Origin: Blastocatellia bacterium | GTDB taxonomy: Bacteria > Acidobacteriota > Blastocatellia > UBA7656 | Direction of reading: 5' to 3' | Assembly: GCA_035249305.1 (NCBI GenBank) | Contig: DATFGQ010000007.1 | Coordinates: 18,915-82,914 of the forward strand | Length of the DNA stretch: 64,000 nucleotides | In this document: piece after piece, positions 25,353 through 33,068 of the stretch | How the letters are laid out: each line of letters starts with the position of its first letter | How positions within the stretch are numbered: position 1 is the stretch's first letter | Made by a program: the position numbers and the translations under genes | The notes under the pieces: generated by a model | What the model saw: only the letters and a program-made list of their open reading frames with translations | What the model was told of the DNA's origin: nothing | Database searches by the model: none

Positions 25353-25625
25353 CTATATCTCGAACAACAAGCCCTGAGCGTTTGCTTCCACGGCCGGCTC
25401 TTGACCGGGTTCCGCATCGTTTCGGCGCACGGTGTCGAGCACGCTGACGGTTATCTTCGCGCTCTTGATGTGACGGCCCCTGACGTGAGGGCGGCGGCTG
25501 ATCTCCTCGCAGGCGATTCTTATGGCCGCCGGCCAGTTAGAGCTTTCGACCTTCGCCTCCTGCTCCGCGTGGGCCGCCGCGAGGTCCGGCAGCGTCACCG
25601 TCACGTTAAAGATCTTATTCGCCAT
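25353..25625 (-). CDS. hypothetical 90-aa protein
   Basis: Its ATG (25625-25623) directly abuts the TGA of the upstream acyl-CoA synthetase (25628-25626). Composition matches its neighbours. No family recognised. Confidence 0.45.
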   Translation of the reverse strand: MANKIFNVTVTLPDLAAAHAEQEAKVESSNWPAAIRIACEEISRRPHVRGRHIKSAKITVSVLDTVRRNDAEPGQEPAVEANAQGLLFEI

Positions 25626-27224
25626 TCAGTTCACCCGCTTGGCTTCGCCTTTCCAGAACCGCTCGCGCAGGACGTTCTTTTGAATCTTGCCCGTTGCCGT
25701 CCGCGGCAGCGCGTCAATGAAGTCTACGCGCTTGGGGCATTTGAAGTGCGCCAGCCGCTCGCGGCAGAACTCGACCAGCTCGGCCTCGGTCGCCTGAGCG
25801 CCGGCCTTGAGCACGACGATGGCGTAAGGCACTTCGCCCCAGCGCTCGTCCGGCGCGGCGATCACGGCCGCTTCGAGCACCGAAGTGTGCTTATACAAAA
25901 GCCCCTCGACTTCGATCGAAGAGATGTTTTCGCCGCCAGATATTATCAGGTCCTTCTTGCGGTCTACGACTTCGATGTAGCCTTCGCCGTCGATCAACGC
26001 CATGTCGCCCGTGTGAAACCAGCCGTCGACTATCACGGCGTCGGTGGCTTCGGGCTGCCGCCAGTAGCCCGCCATCACGACGTTGGCGCGCGTTATAACC
26101 TCTCCCACTTCGCCGCCGTCTGGCGCAAGGTCGCGGCCGTCGTCGCCGACAACTCGTATGTCTACGCCGATCATCGGGTAGCCCGTCTTCGCCTGCACGC
26201 GGCAGCGCTGGTCGGCGGGCCAGTCTTCCATATGAGGCTTGATCTTTGAGACGGTCAAGAAGGGCGAGGTCTCGGTCAGGCCGTAGATTTGAATCACGCG
26301 CCAGCCGAATCGCTCCTGCGCCCCTTGAATGGTGGCAAGCGGCGGCGCGCTCCCCGCTGTCGCCACGCGCATGCCCGCCGGGAGCGCGGCTATTCGGTCA
26401 GGCTCAAGCTCGTGGTTCAAAGCCATGTTTATCATCGTCGGCGGCATGGCCGCGAAGGTGACCCGCTCGCGCGCTACGAGATCGAAGAAAGCCGCGGGCT
26501 CGAACTTTTTTATTATGACGTGAGTCGCGCCCATCCCCGTCGCGGCGTAAGGTATGCCCCACCCGTTGCAATGAAACTGCGCGAGCGTGTGCAGGTAAAC
26601 GTCGCGCTCGTTTATCTCGAACTCGCAGATCGAGTTCATGGCGTTAAGATAAAGGTTGCGGTGCGTGAGCATCACGCCCTTCGGCCGTCCCGTCGTGCCC
26701 GACGTGTAGAGCAGCGCCGACGGCTCGTTCTCTTCTATCTCGACCGGATGGGGCTGTTCGGCGGAGCTCCCCGCCAAGAGCGTCTCGTAGTCCATCCATT
26801 GATCCGTAGACTCAATCGCCGAGTCGCGGGCGACGATGAATCGCTCCACGGTTTCGAGCCGGCCGCGTATGGGCTCGACCAGATGCTCAAGGCCCTCTTC
26901 GACTATGACGACTTTAGCCCCGCCGTGGTTGAGGATGTAGAGAAAATCGTCCGACACCAAACGAAAGTTCAGCGGCATCAGTATCGAGCCGTTGAGCGGC
27001 GTGCCGAAGAAAGCTTCGAGTACCCGGTGGCAGTTCTGCGACAGCATAGCGACGCGCTCGCCCTTCCTGACCCCGAGCGACCGCATGAGATTCGCCCAGC
27101 GGTAGACGCGCTCGGCGAACTGGCCGTAGGTCAATCGGGTCTTGCCGCAGACGACGGCCTCTTTGGTGGAGTGCGCGACGACGGCGCGTTTTAGGAAGTC
27201 GTATTCATTGAGCGGAACGATCAC
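25626..27224 (-). CDS. AMP-dependent acyl-CoA synthetase/ligase
   Basis: 532-aa ORF with LLYTSGTTGRPKGVMLTHRNL, IYGLTETS and DRKKDLIISGGENI motifs. Confidence 0.9.
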   Translation of the reverse strand: MIVPLNEYDFLKRAVVAHSTKEAVVCGKTRLTYGQFAERVYRWANLMRSLGVRKGERVAMLSQNCHRVLEAFFGTPLNGSILMPLNFRLVSDDFLYILNHGGAKVVIVEEGLEHLVEPIRGRLETVERFIVARDSAIESTDQWMDYETLLAGSSAEQPHPVEIEENEPSALLYTSGTTGRPKGVMLTHRNLYLNAMNSICEFEINERDVYLHTLAQFHCNGWGIPYAATGMGATHVIIKKFEPAAFFDLVARERVTFAAMPPTMINMALNHELEPDRIAALPAGMRVATAGSAPPLATIQGAQERFGWRVIQIYGLTETSPFLTVSKIKPHMEDWPADQRCRVQAKTGYPMIGVDIRVVGDDGRDLAPDGGEVGEVITRANVVMAGYWRQPEATDAVIVDGWFHTGDMALIDGEGYIEVVDRKKDLIISGGENISSIEVEGLLYKHTSVLEAAVIAAPDERWGEVPYAIVVLKAGAQATEAELVEFCRERLAHFKCPKRVDFIDALPRTATGKIQKNVLRERFWKGEAKRVN

Positions 27225-27356
27225 TGCTTAACCTCCCGGCTCGATCTATCTTGATTGCAATACGGCGTGCGCGTGTGAGCATAACACAAGTGCCAAACCG
27301 GCCGAAACCGCTCGCCACGTTGATTAGTCCCTCGGTTTCAGGCATGATTTCGGCCC

Positions 27357-27785
27357 GTGAAGAGTGACTTTAATTTCAATCATAAGCTGCGGGTAAGGTT
27401 CGGCGAGACGGACTTGCAAGGCATTGTCTTTAACGGCAACTACCTGACTTATTATGACGTGGCCTGGACCGAATATTTTCGCGCGCTCGGGCTCGATTAC
27501 AAAAATATGATCGAGACGGGCCTGGACACCGTGCTCGCGCGAACGACTATGGAGTTCAAAGCGCCGGCCTATTTCGACGAGATACTCGAAGTCCACGTTC
27601 GCGTGTCGGGGATAGGTAACACCAGCTTGACGTTCGAGTTCGAGATATACCGCGAGGGCGAAGACGTGCTGATAGGGTCGGCCTCGTCGCTTTACGTCTG
27701 CATAGACCCGAAGACGCTCAGGCCCTTGCGCGCGCCCGACCACTTGCGCGAGATGATAAGCCGGTTTGAAGGGAGAGAGTTTTAA
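27357..27785 (+). CDS. acyl-CoA thioesterase (4HBT/YbgC-like hotdog fold)
   Basis: 142-aa ORF with a GTG start. The N-terminal VRFGETDLQGIVFNGNYLTYYD is typical of YbgC/FadM-type thioesterases. Confidence 0.82.
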   Translation: MKSDFNFNHKLRVRFGETDLQGIVFNGNYLTYYDVAWTEYFRALGLDYKNMIETGLDTVLARTTMEFKAPAYFDEILEVHVRVSGIGNTSLTFEFEIYREGEDVLIGSASSLYVCIDPKTLRPLRAPDHLREMISRFEGREF

Positions 27786-27876
27786 GAATCGAGAATTGGT
27801 GTCGTTAGCTTGAAACTCTGTATTCTTAATTCTAAATTCTTAATGCTCACTTCTAGATTCCCGGACGGAGGCAGTT

Positions 27877-29658
27877 ATGACTAGTAAAGCCGAACGGTCG
27901 CAGCCCATCAAAGGCGGCGCGTTTCTGATCGAAGACGCCGCGGCGGAAGAGGTCTTCACGCCCGAAGACATAAACGAAGAGCAGCGGATGTTTGCGCAGA
28001 CGGCCGAAGAGTTCCTGCGCAAAGAGGTCATCCCGCGCGAAGACGAGATCTACGCTAAGAACTGGGAGACGCACCGCGAGCTGATGCGCAAGGCGGGCGA
28101 GCTGGGCCTGCTGAGCATAGACATCCCCGAGAAGTACGGCGGGCTCGGGCTGAATAAAGTGAGCTCGGCCATCGTCGGCGAGCAGTTCGCCCTTCAGGCG
28201 TCGTTCGCCGGGACGCAGAGCTCGCACGTAAACATCGGCACGCTCCCCATAGTCTTTTTCGGCACCGAAGAGCAGAAGAAAAAATACCTGCCCCGGCTGG
28301 CCACGGGCGAGATGATAGGCGCCTACGCGCTAACCGAGCCGCACTCGGGGTCCGACGCGCTGGCGGCGAAGACGAAGGCCGTACTTTCGGAAGACCAGAC
28401 GCATTACGTCCTGAACGGCCAGAAGATGTGGATCACAAACGGCAGCTTCGCCGATCTGTTCACGGTCTTCGCCAAAGTCGACGGCGAGAAGTTCACGGCC
28501 TTCCTCGTAGAGCGCGGGCCGGGCCTCGTGAGCGGGCACGAAGAGAAGAAGCTGGGCATCGACGGGTCGTCGACGACGGCGCTGATGCTTGAAGACTGCC
28601 GCGTGCCGGTCGAAAACGTGCTCGGGGAGATAGGGCGCGGCCACAAGATCGCCTTCAATGTCTTGAACATCGGCCGCCTTAAGCTCGGCGCGCGCTCGGT
28701 CGGCACGATAAAGCTCTCGCTGGGCCAGTCGATTCAGTACGCGAAAGAGCGCCACCAGTTCGGCCAGCCGATCGCGAACTTCGGGCTGATAAAACAGAAG
28801 CTCGCCGAGATGGCCGTCCGCGCTTACGTGGGCGAAGCGATTCTCTACCGCACGCTCGGGACTATCGATCGCGCGCTTGAGCAGGCCGACAAGGAGAACC
28901 CGGCCGAAGTCCTCCGCGTGCTTGAGCAGTACGCAATAGAGTGCTCGATCATAAAGGTGTGGGAGAGCGAAGCCCTCGGCTACGTCGTCGACGAACAGGT
29001 GCAGGTCTACGGCGGGTACGGGTATTCGAAAGATTATCCCGCCGAGCGGGCTTACCGCGACGCGCGCATCGCGCGAATCTACGAGGGGACGAACGAGATC
29101 AACCGCATAGTGATCGCGAGCCAGTTGCTGCGCCGCGCCGGGTCGGGCGAGCTCGGCCTTCTGGAAGCGGCCCGCGACGCCGAGGCCGACGGACCCGACA
29201 GGGGCGACACGATGGAGATGAGTGTGGCGAACGCCGCGTTCTCTCACGAGCTGCGCATGCTTGCGGGCGCGAAGAAGATCACGCTCGCCGCCATCAACAA
29301 TGTCGTGACGGCGCACGGCGATCGAGCGCGCGACGAGCAGGAGCTGCTCGGGCTGATAGCCGAGATGGTGATGGACGTTTACGCGCTGGAGAGCGCGCTG
29401 CTCCGCACTCAGCGCGTCATCAACGAGCGGGGGCTTGAGCGCTCCGCGATCCCTATAGAGATCACCCGCGTCTTTGCCCGCGACGCCGCATCGCGCGTCG
29501 AGCGCGCGGGGCGCATGATCGCCACGGAGACGGGCGCGGGAGACGACAAGGGGGCGGACTTGATCGACCGGCTGACGCACCACGCGCCGATCAAGATGGT
29601 TCAAGCGCGCCGCCGCATCGCCGACGCGATGATCGCGGCAGGCAAATACAACCTGTGA
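27877..29658 (+). CDS. acyl-CoA dehydrogenase with extended C-terminal domain
   Basis: 593-aa ORF with RBS GGAGGC. Contains ALTEPHSGSDA, GQKMWITNG and IYEGTNEI motifs, plus a C-terminal extension of about 150 aa. Confidence 0.9.
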   Translation: MTSKAERSQPIKGGAFLIEDAAAEEVFTPEDINEEQRMFAQTAEEFLRKEVIPREDEIYAKNWETHRELMRKAGELGLLSIDIPEKYGGLGLNKVSSAIVGEQFALQASFAGTQSSHVNIGTLPIVFFGTEEQKKKYLPRLATGEMIGAYALTEPHSGSDALAAKTKAVLSEDQTHYVLNGQKMWITNGSFADLFTVFAKVDGEKFTAFLVERGPGLVSGHEEKKLGIDGSSTTALMLEDCRVPVENVLGEIGRGHKIAFNVLNIGRLKLGARSVGTIKLSLGQSIQYAKERHQFGQPIANFGLIKQKLAEMAVRAYVGEAILYRTLGTIDRALEQADKENPAEVLRVLEQYAIECSIIKVWESEALGYVVDEQVQVYGGYGYSKDYPAERAYRDARIARIYEGTNEINRIVIASQLLRRAGSGELGLLEAARDAEADGPDRGDTMEMSVANAAFSHELRMLAGAKKITLAAINNVVTAHGDRARDEQELLGLIAEMVMDVYALESALLRTQRVINERGLERSAIPIEITRVFARDAASRVERAGRMIATETGAGDDKGADLIDRLTHHAPIKMVQARRRIADAMIAAGKYNL

Positions 29659-29659
29659 G

Positions 29660-31351
29660 ATGAAGAAAATGCGAATCATTACTTTGATCCTGACGATCGT
29701 TATTGTCTGCCTTGTGCCCGTCCGAAGCCAGGCGCAAGCCGCCGACATAGTCTTCAAGAACGGCAACGTCTACACCGTAAACGAGCGCCAGCCGCGGGCC
29801 GAGGCCATAGCGGTCAAGGGCAATAAGATCATCTTCGTGGGGTCGAACAAGGCCGCGAAGGCTTACGAAGGTAAGACGACCCGCGTCATCGATCTTCAAG
29901 GCAAGACGGTCGTACCCGGCATGGCCGACGCGCATTACCACCTGGCGGGCGTCGGCGCGCGCGAGATGAACCTCAACCTCGAAGGCACGGCGAGCAAAGA
30001 AGAGTTCCTCGCGAAGGTGAAGGCGCGCGTAGACCGCGCGAAGGCGGGCGAGTGGGTCACGGGGCGCGGGTGGATAGAGACTTTCTGGAAGCCCCCCACG
30101 TTTCCTACGCGCTGGGACCTCGACAAGATCGCGCCTAATAATCCCATCTACCTGACGCGCGCCGACGGGCATGCGTCGGTGGTGAACAGCGCGGCGCTGA
30201 AGGTCGCGGGCGTGACTCGCGAGACGCCCGCCCCGCAGGGCGGCGAGATAATGAAGGACAGGCAGACGGGCGAGCCTTCGGGCATGCTGGTCGACCGCGC
30301 GCAGAACATAGTGGGCCGTCACGTCCCGCCTGCGACCGAAGCCGACCTGGAGGAGGCTCTGGTCTTAGGCGTCCGGCGGAGCATAGAGCTCGGGTGGACG
30401 CAGATTCAAAACGCGGGCAGCCCGTTTTCTGAAGTGGAGCTGCTCAGGAAGCTCTACAGGGACGGCAAAATCAAGCTCCGTATCTATGAAGCCATCCGCG
30501 GCCCAAGCCCCGACGCCGCGCGGCTGTTGCGCGAAGGCGCTTCGACCGGCGAGTTCGACAATCGATTCACCGTGCGCACGATCAAAGTCAGCATAGACGG
30601 CGCGCTGGGTTCGAAGGGCGCGGCGCTGCTTGAGCCTTACTCGGACCACGACACCACGGGCCTGCTGATGTACAAAGAGGAAGACCTGATGCCGATGTTC
30701 ACCGAAGCGCTCCGCCAGGGGATACAGGTCGAAACCCACGCCATAGGCGACCGCGCCAATCGGGTGATACTCGATATCTACGAGAAGGCTTTCAAATCGG
30801 TGCCGCCCGCGGAGCGCAAGCAGCGCGAACCGCGCTGGAGGGTCGAGCACGCGCAGATAATGCACCCGTCCGACATCCCGCGGTTCAAACAGCTCGGCGT
30901 CATCCCTTCGATGCAGCCTTCGCACGCCATAGGCGACCTTCACTTCGCGCCCAGCCGCGTAGGCGTTAAGCGGCTCGAAGGCGCATACGCGTGGCAGACA
31001 TTTATAAAGAGCGGCTCGATCATCGCTGGCGGCTCGGACGCTCCGGTCGAGCGCGGGGAGCCGATGATAGAGTTTTACGCCGCCGTCGCGCGCCGGGACC
31101 AGAAAGGGTTTACGGGCGAGGGCTGGCACCCGGAGCAGGCCGTCTCGCGCGAGCAGGCTCTGAAGATGTTCACGATCTGGGCGGCCTACGCCGCGTTTGA
31201 AGAGGGCGTGAGAGGCTCTATCGAAGTGGGCAAGCTTGCGGACCTGACGATTCTTTCAGCCGACATAATGAAGATAGCCGCGCCTGAGATCCTCAAGACG
31301 CGCTGCGTGATGACGGTGATCAATGGCGAGGTAGTCTTTGAAACCCCGTAA
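29660..31351 (+). CDS. secreted amidohydrolase-family (YtcJ-like) metal-dependent hydrolase
   Basis: 563-aa ORF with a signal peptide. Contains the PGMADAHYHL metal-binding motif, HAIGDRAN and GSDAPVE motifs. Confidence 0.88.
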   Translation: MKKMRIITLILTIVIVCLVPVRSQAQAADIVFKNGNVYTVNERQPRAEAIAVKGNKIIFVGSNKAAKAYEGKTTRVIDLQGKTVVPGMADAHYHLAGVGAREMNLNLEGTASKEEFLAKVKARVDRAKAGEWVTGRGWIETFWKPPTFPTRWDLDKIAPNNPIYLTRADGHASVVNSAALKVAGVTRETPAPQGGEIMKDRQTGEPSGMLVDRAQNIVGRHVPPATEADLEEALVLGVRRSIELGWTQIQNAGSPFSEVELLRKLYRDGKIKLRIYEAIRGPSPDAARLLREGASTGEFDNRFTVRTIKVSIDGALGSKGAALLEPYSDHDTTGLLMYKEEDLMPMFTEALRQGIQVETHAIGDRANRVILDIYEKAFKSVPPAERKQREPRWRVEHAQIMHPSDIPRFKQLGVIPSMQPSHAIGDLHFAPSRVGVKRLEGAYAWQTFIKSGSIIAGGSDAPVERGEPMIEFYAAVARRDQKGFTGEGWHPEQAVSREQALKMFTIWAAYAAFEEGVRGSIEVGKLADLTILSADIMKIAAPEILKTRCVMTVINGEVVFETP

Positions 31352-31356
31352 ACAGT

Positions 31357-31402
31357 GAACCGTGACTAGTGAGCAGTTTTATCTTCACACTAGTCACGGT
31401 TC
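31357..31402 (+). terminator. 15-bp-stem hairpin after the amidohydrolase stop
   Basis: GAACCGTGACTAGTG (31357-31371) pairs perfectly with CACTAGTCACGGTTC (31388-31402), with a 16-nt loop. No strong T-tract follows. Confidence 0.4.
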
Positions 31403-31408
31403 GCTTAT

Positions 31409-31660
31409 CACTCAGAGGGTTTCTGAAAAGTGTAAGGGAAGCCCTGAAAGGGCGAGGATTCAATAGCCAGGGGCAACGCCCCTGAGAACGAGTTGTTAAT
31501 AATGAGAAGCCCTGAAAGGGCGCGATACTTATACCGCCCTTTCAGGGCTTCTCGTTGTATGCGTGCGTCACCCGGCGCGTTGCGCCGGGCTATTGAATAT
31601 CGCCTCTTCGAGGCTTTCTATTGAATTTGTCCCCTTCGGGGACTTTTCAGACACCCTCTC
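31409..31660. repeat. hairpin-cassette intergenic element, family B copy 1
   Basis: Bounded by CACTCAGAGGGTTTCTGAAAAG (31409-31430) and its imperfect inverse CTTTTCAGACACCCTCTC (31643-31660). The interior aligns with 62240-62450. It contains GCCCT-GAA-AGGGC, CAGGGGC-AAC-GCCCCTG, CCCGGCGC-GTT-GCGCCGGG, GCCTC-TTC-GAGGC and GTCCCC-TTC-GGGGAC hairpins, with the tag CTATTGAAT or its complement. Confidence 0.8.
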
Positions 31661-31661
31661 A

Positions 31662-32399
31662 TTACTTCTTCTTGGCTTCCCAGGTGCTCGATCCCTGGCC
31701 GGGGAACTCGAAGTTGCCCTTGACCTTACCGTCCTTGACTATTCCGGTAAAGCTGATCGCGCCCTGAGGTATCTCCAGCGTGAAGGAGAGCTTGTCGCCG
31801 ACGAAAGACCCTTTGCTCAAGGGGGCGTTCCCCATTGACGATTCCGACACGCCCGTGACTTTGTCGCCTTCCAGCTTGAGCTTTAACACGAAGGGGAAGC
31901 TGCTGCCGCCGGCATCGACCGTGGCGTCCCAGTCGCCGGTTATCGGGTCGCCGCCCGCTGCGGGCTTGCTCTCGGCAGGCGGGGTCGAGGCGGCCGGAGG
32001 CGTCGCGGGGGCGGCGGCCGCGCCCATCTTCTTCAGCTCAAACGTGCCGGTCTGATCGGCCAGCGCCCAGTCGCCCGTGATCTTGTCGTCTTTGAACGTG
32101 CCGTTGATGGTAAGCTCCGTGCCCCCGGCGTCGACTTTCATAGAGAGCTTGCCGTCGGCAAAAGTGCCGCTCGTGATCGTGGCCGTCCCTTGCGGGATGT
32201 CGAGTTTGCCCGAAATCTTGCCGTTATCATTCTTGATCTCAGCGGTCAGGGGCACTTCGCCGATCCCTGCGCCCTTGGCCATACCTTCGTACTTGCCCGA
32301 TATGTCGGGCTTGGCCTGCGCGGCGGCGGTGGAGGCCAGGGCGGAGGCGCTCACGAGCAGTGCGACGACCAACAGAGACGTAATCTTTCTTAACTGCAT
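31662..32399 (-). CDS. secreted protein with two internally duplicated beta-rich domains
   Basis: 245-aa ORF with a signal peptide. The two halves share the patterns GK(I/V)(S/T)G..., FxGDKLSF/FADGKLSM and TG..KDxK(I/V)xG. They are joined by an Ala/Pro-rich linker (AAAPATPPAASTPPAESKPAAG). Confidence 0.7.
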   Translation of the reverse strand: MQLRKITSLLVVALLVSASALASTAAAQAKPDISGKYEGMAKGAGIGEVPLTAEIKNDNGKISGKLDIPQGTATITSGTFADGKLSMKVDAGGTELTINGTFKDDKITGDWALADQTGTFELKKMGAAAAPATPPAASTPPAESKPAAGGDPITGDWDATVDAGGSSFPFVLKLKLEGDKVTGVSESSMGNAPLSKGSFVGDKLSFTLEIPQGAISFTGIVKDGKVKGNFEFPGQGSSTWEAKKK

Positions 32400-32483
32400 A
32401 ATCTTCCTTCTCCTAATGTGGGTGTTGAATCTAGGAACTCAAGCCAGTCTACGATGTGAGAGTGACGAAAGTTCTAAGGCCAA

Positions 32484-32495
32484 ATATTTATACAG
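32484..32495 (-). promoter_or_regulatory. candidate -10 region (12-mer CTGTATAAATAT on the minus strand)
   Basis: The same 12-mer recurs at 35333-35344. Both lie 50-100 nt upstream of minus-strand secreted-protein genes. Confidence 0.3.
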
Positions 32496-32598
32496 CAAAG
32501 ACGCGCCGCGCGCCATCTGCCGGTAGAAATATTTTTCAGCCCTGCGTCTAACGCCGCGGTTGACCAGCCGCGCAATTAAACGGCCTTTCGCTCACAGG

Positions 32599-33042
32599 CT
32601 ACATTCGTCTGAATATATCAGGCGGGGCGTTAAACTCCTTATCCCACCCTTCGTACGGCACATCCGTCGCCCCGATCACGTATTTCACCACCCGCCATCC
32701 ATCCTTCTCCTTATGTAACAGAGCGCATACCCAATCATCGAATGCCCCTTCTTTTATCGCCTCTTCATAAGGCGTGCCTGAATAATCCATCTTCTTGCCG
32801 CTCCGTTGCTGGGGAACTCCGCGCATGAATGCCCAACCGCTTTGCAGCTTGAGATGGTCCACTTTAAATACAACAGCTTTTCTTAATTCTGATTCAACCG
32901 GCGAGCGTAATGCGTCGAGGATCTGCTTGCGCTCAACGCTATTGGGCTTGGGCGTGTAAGCGGCGTTTTGGGGCAGCCCTGGGAAGTGAAGCAATAAAGC
33001 GATCATAGAGAAAACCGGAGAATATAGAGTTGAAAAAACCAT
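32599..33042 (-). CDS. hypothetical protein downstream of DPP-IV
   Basis: 147-aa ORF that starts 27 nt after the DPP-IV stop on the same strand. GC is lower than its neighbours. No family recognised and the start is uncertain. Confidence 0.5.
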   Translation of the reverse strand: MVFSTLYSPVFSMIALLLHFPGLPQNAAYTPKPNSVERKQILDALRSPVESELRKAVVFKVDHLKLQSGWAFMRGVPQQRSGKKMDYSGTPYEEAIKEGAFDDWVCALLHKEKDGWRVVKYVIGATDVPYEGWDKEFNAPPDIFRRM

Positions 33043-33068
33043 AAGACCGCTTCATGCGAGATTTGCTT

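Noticed and set aside
28330-29766. 478-aa minus-strand ORF
   Set aside because: It is antisense to the acyl-CoA dehydrogenase (clear ACAD motifs on the plus strand) and has no recognisable domain.
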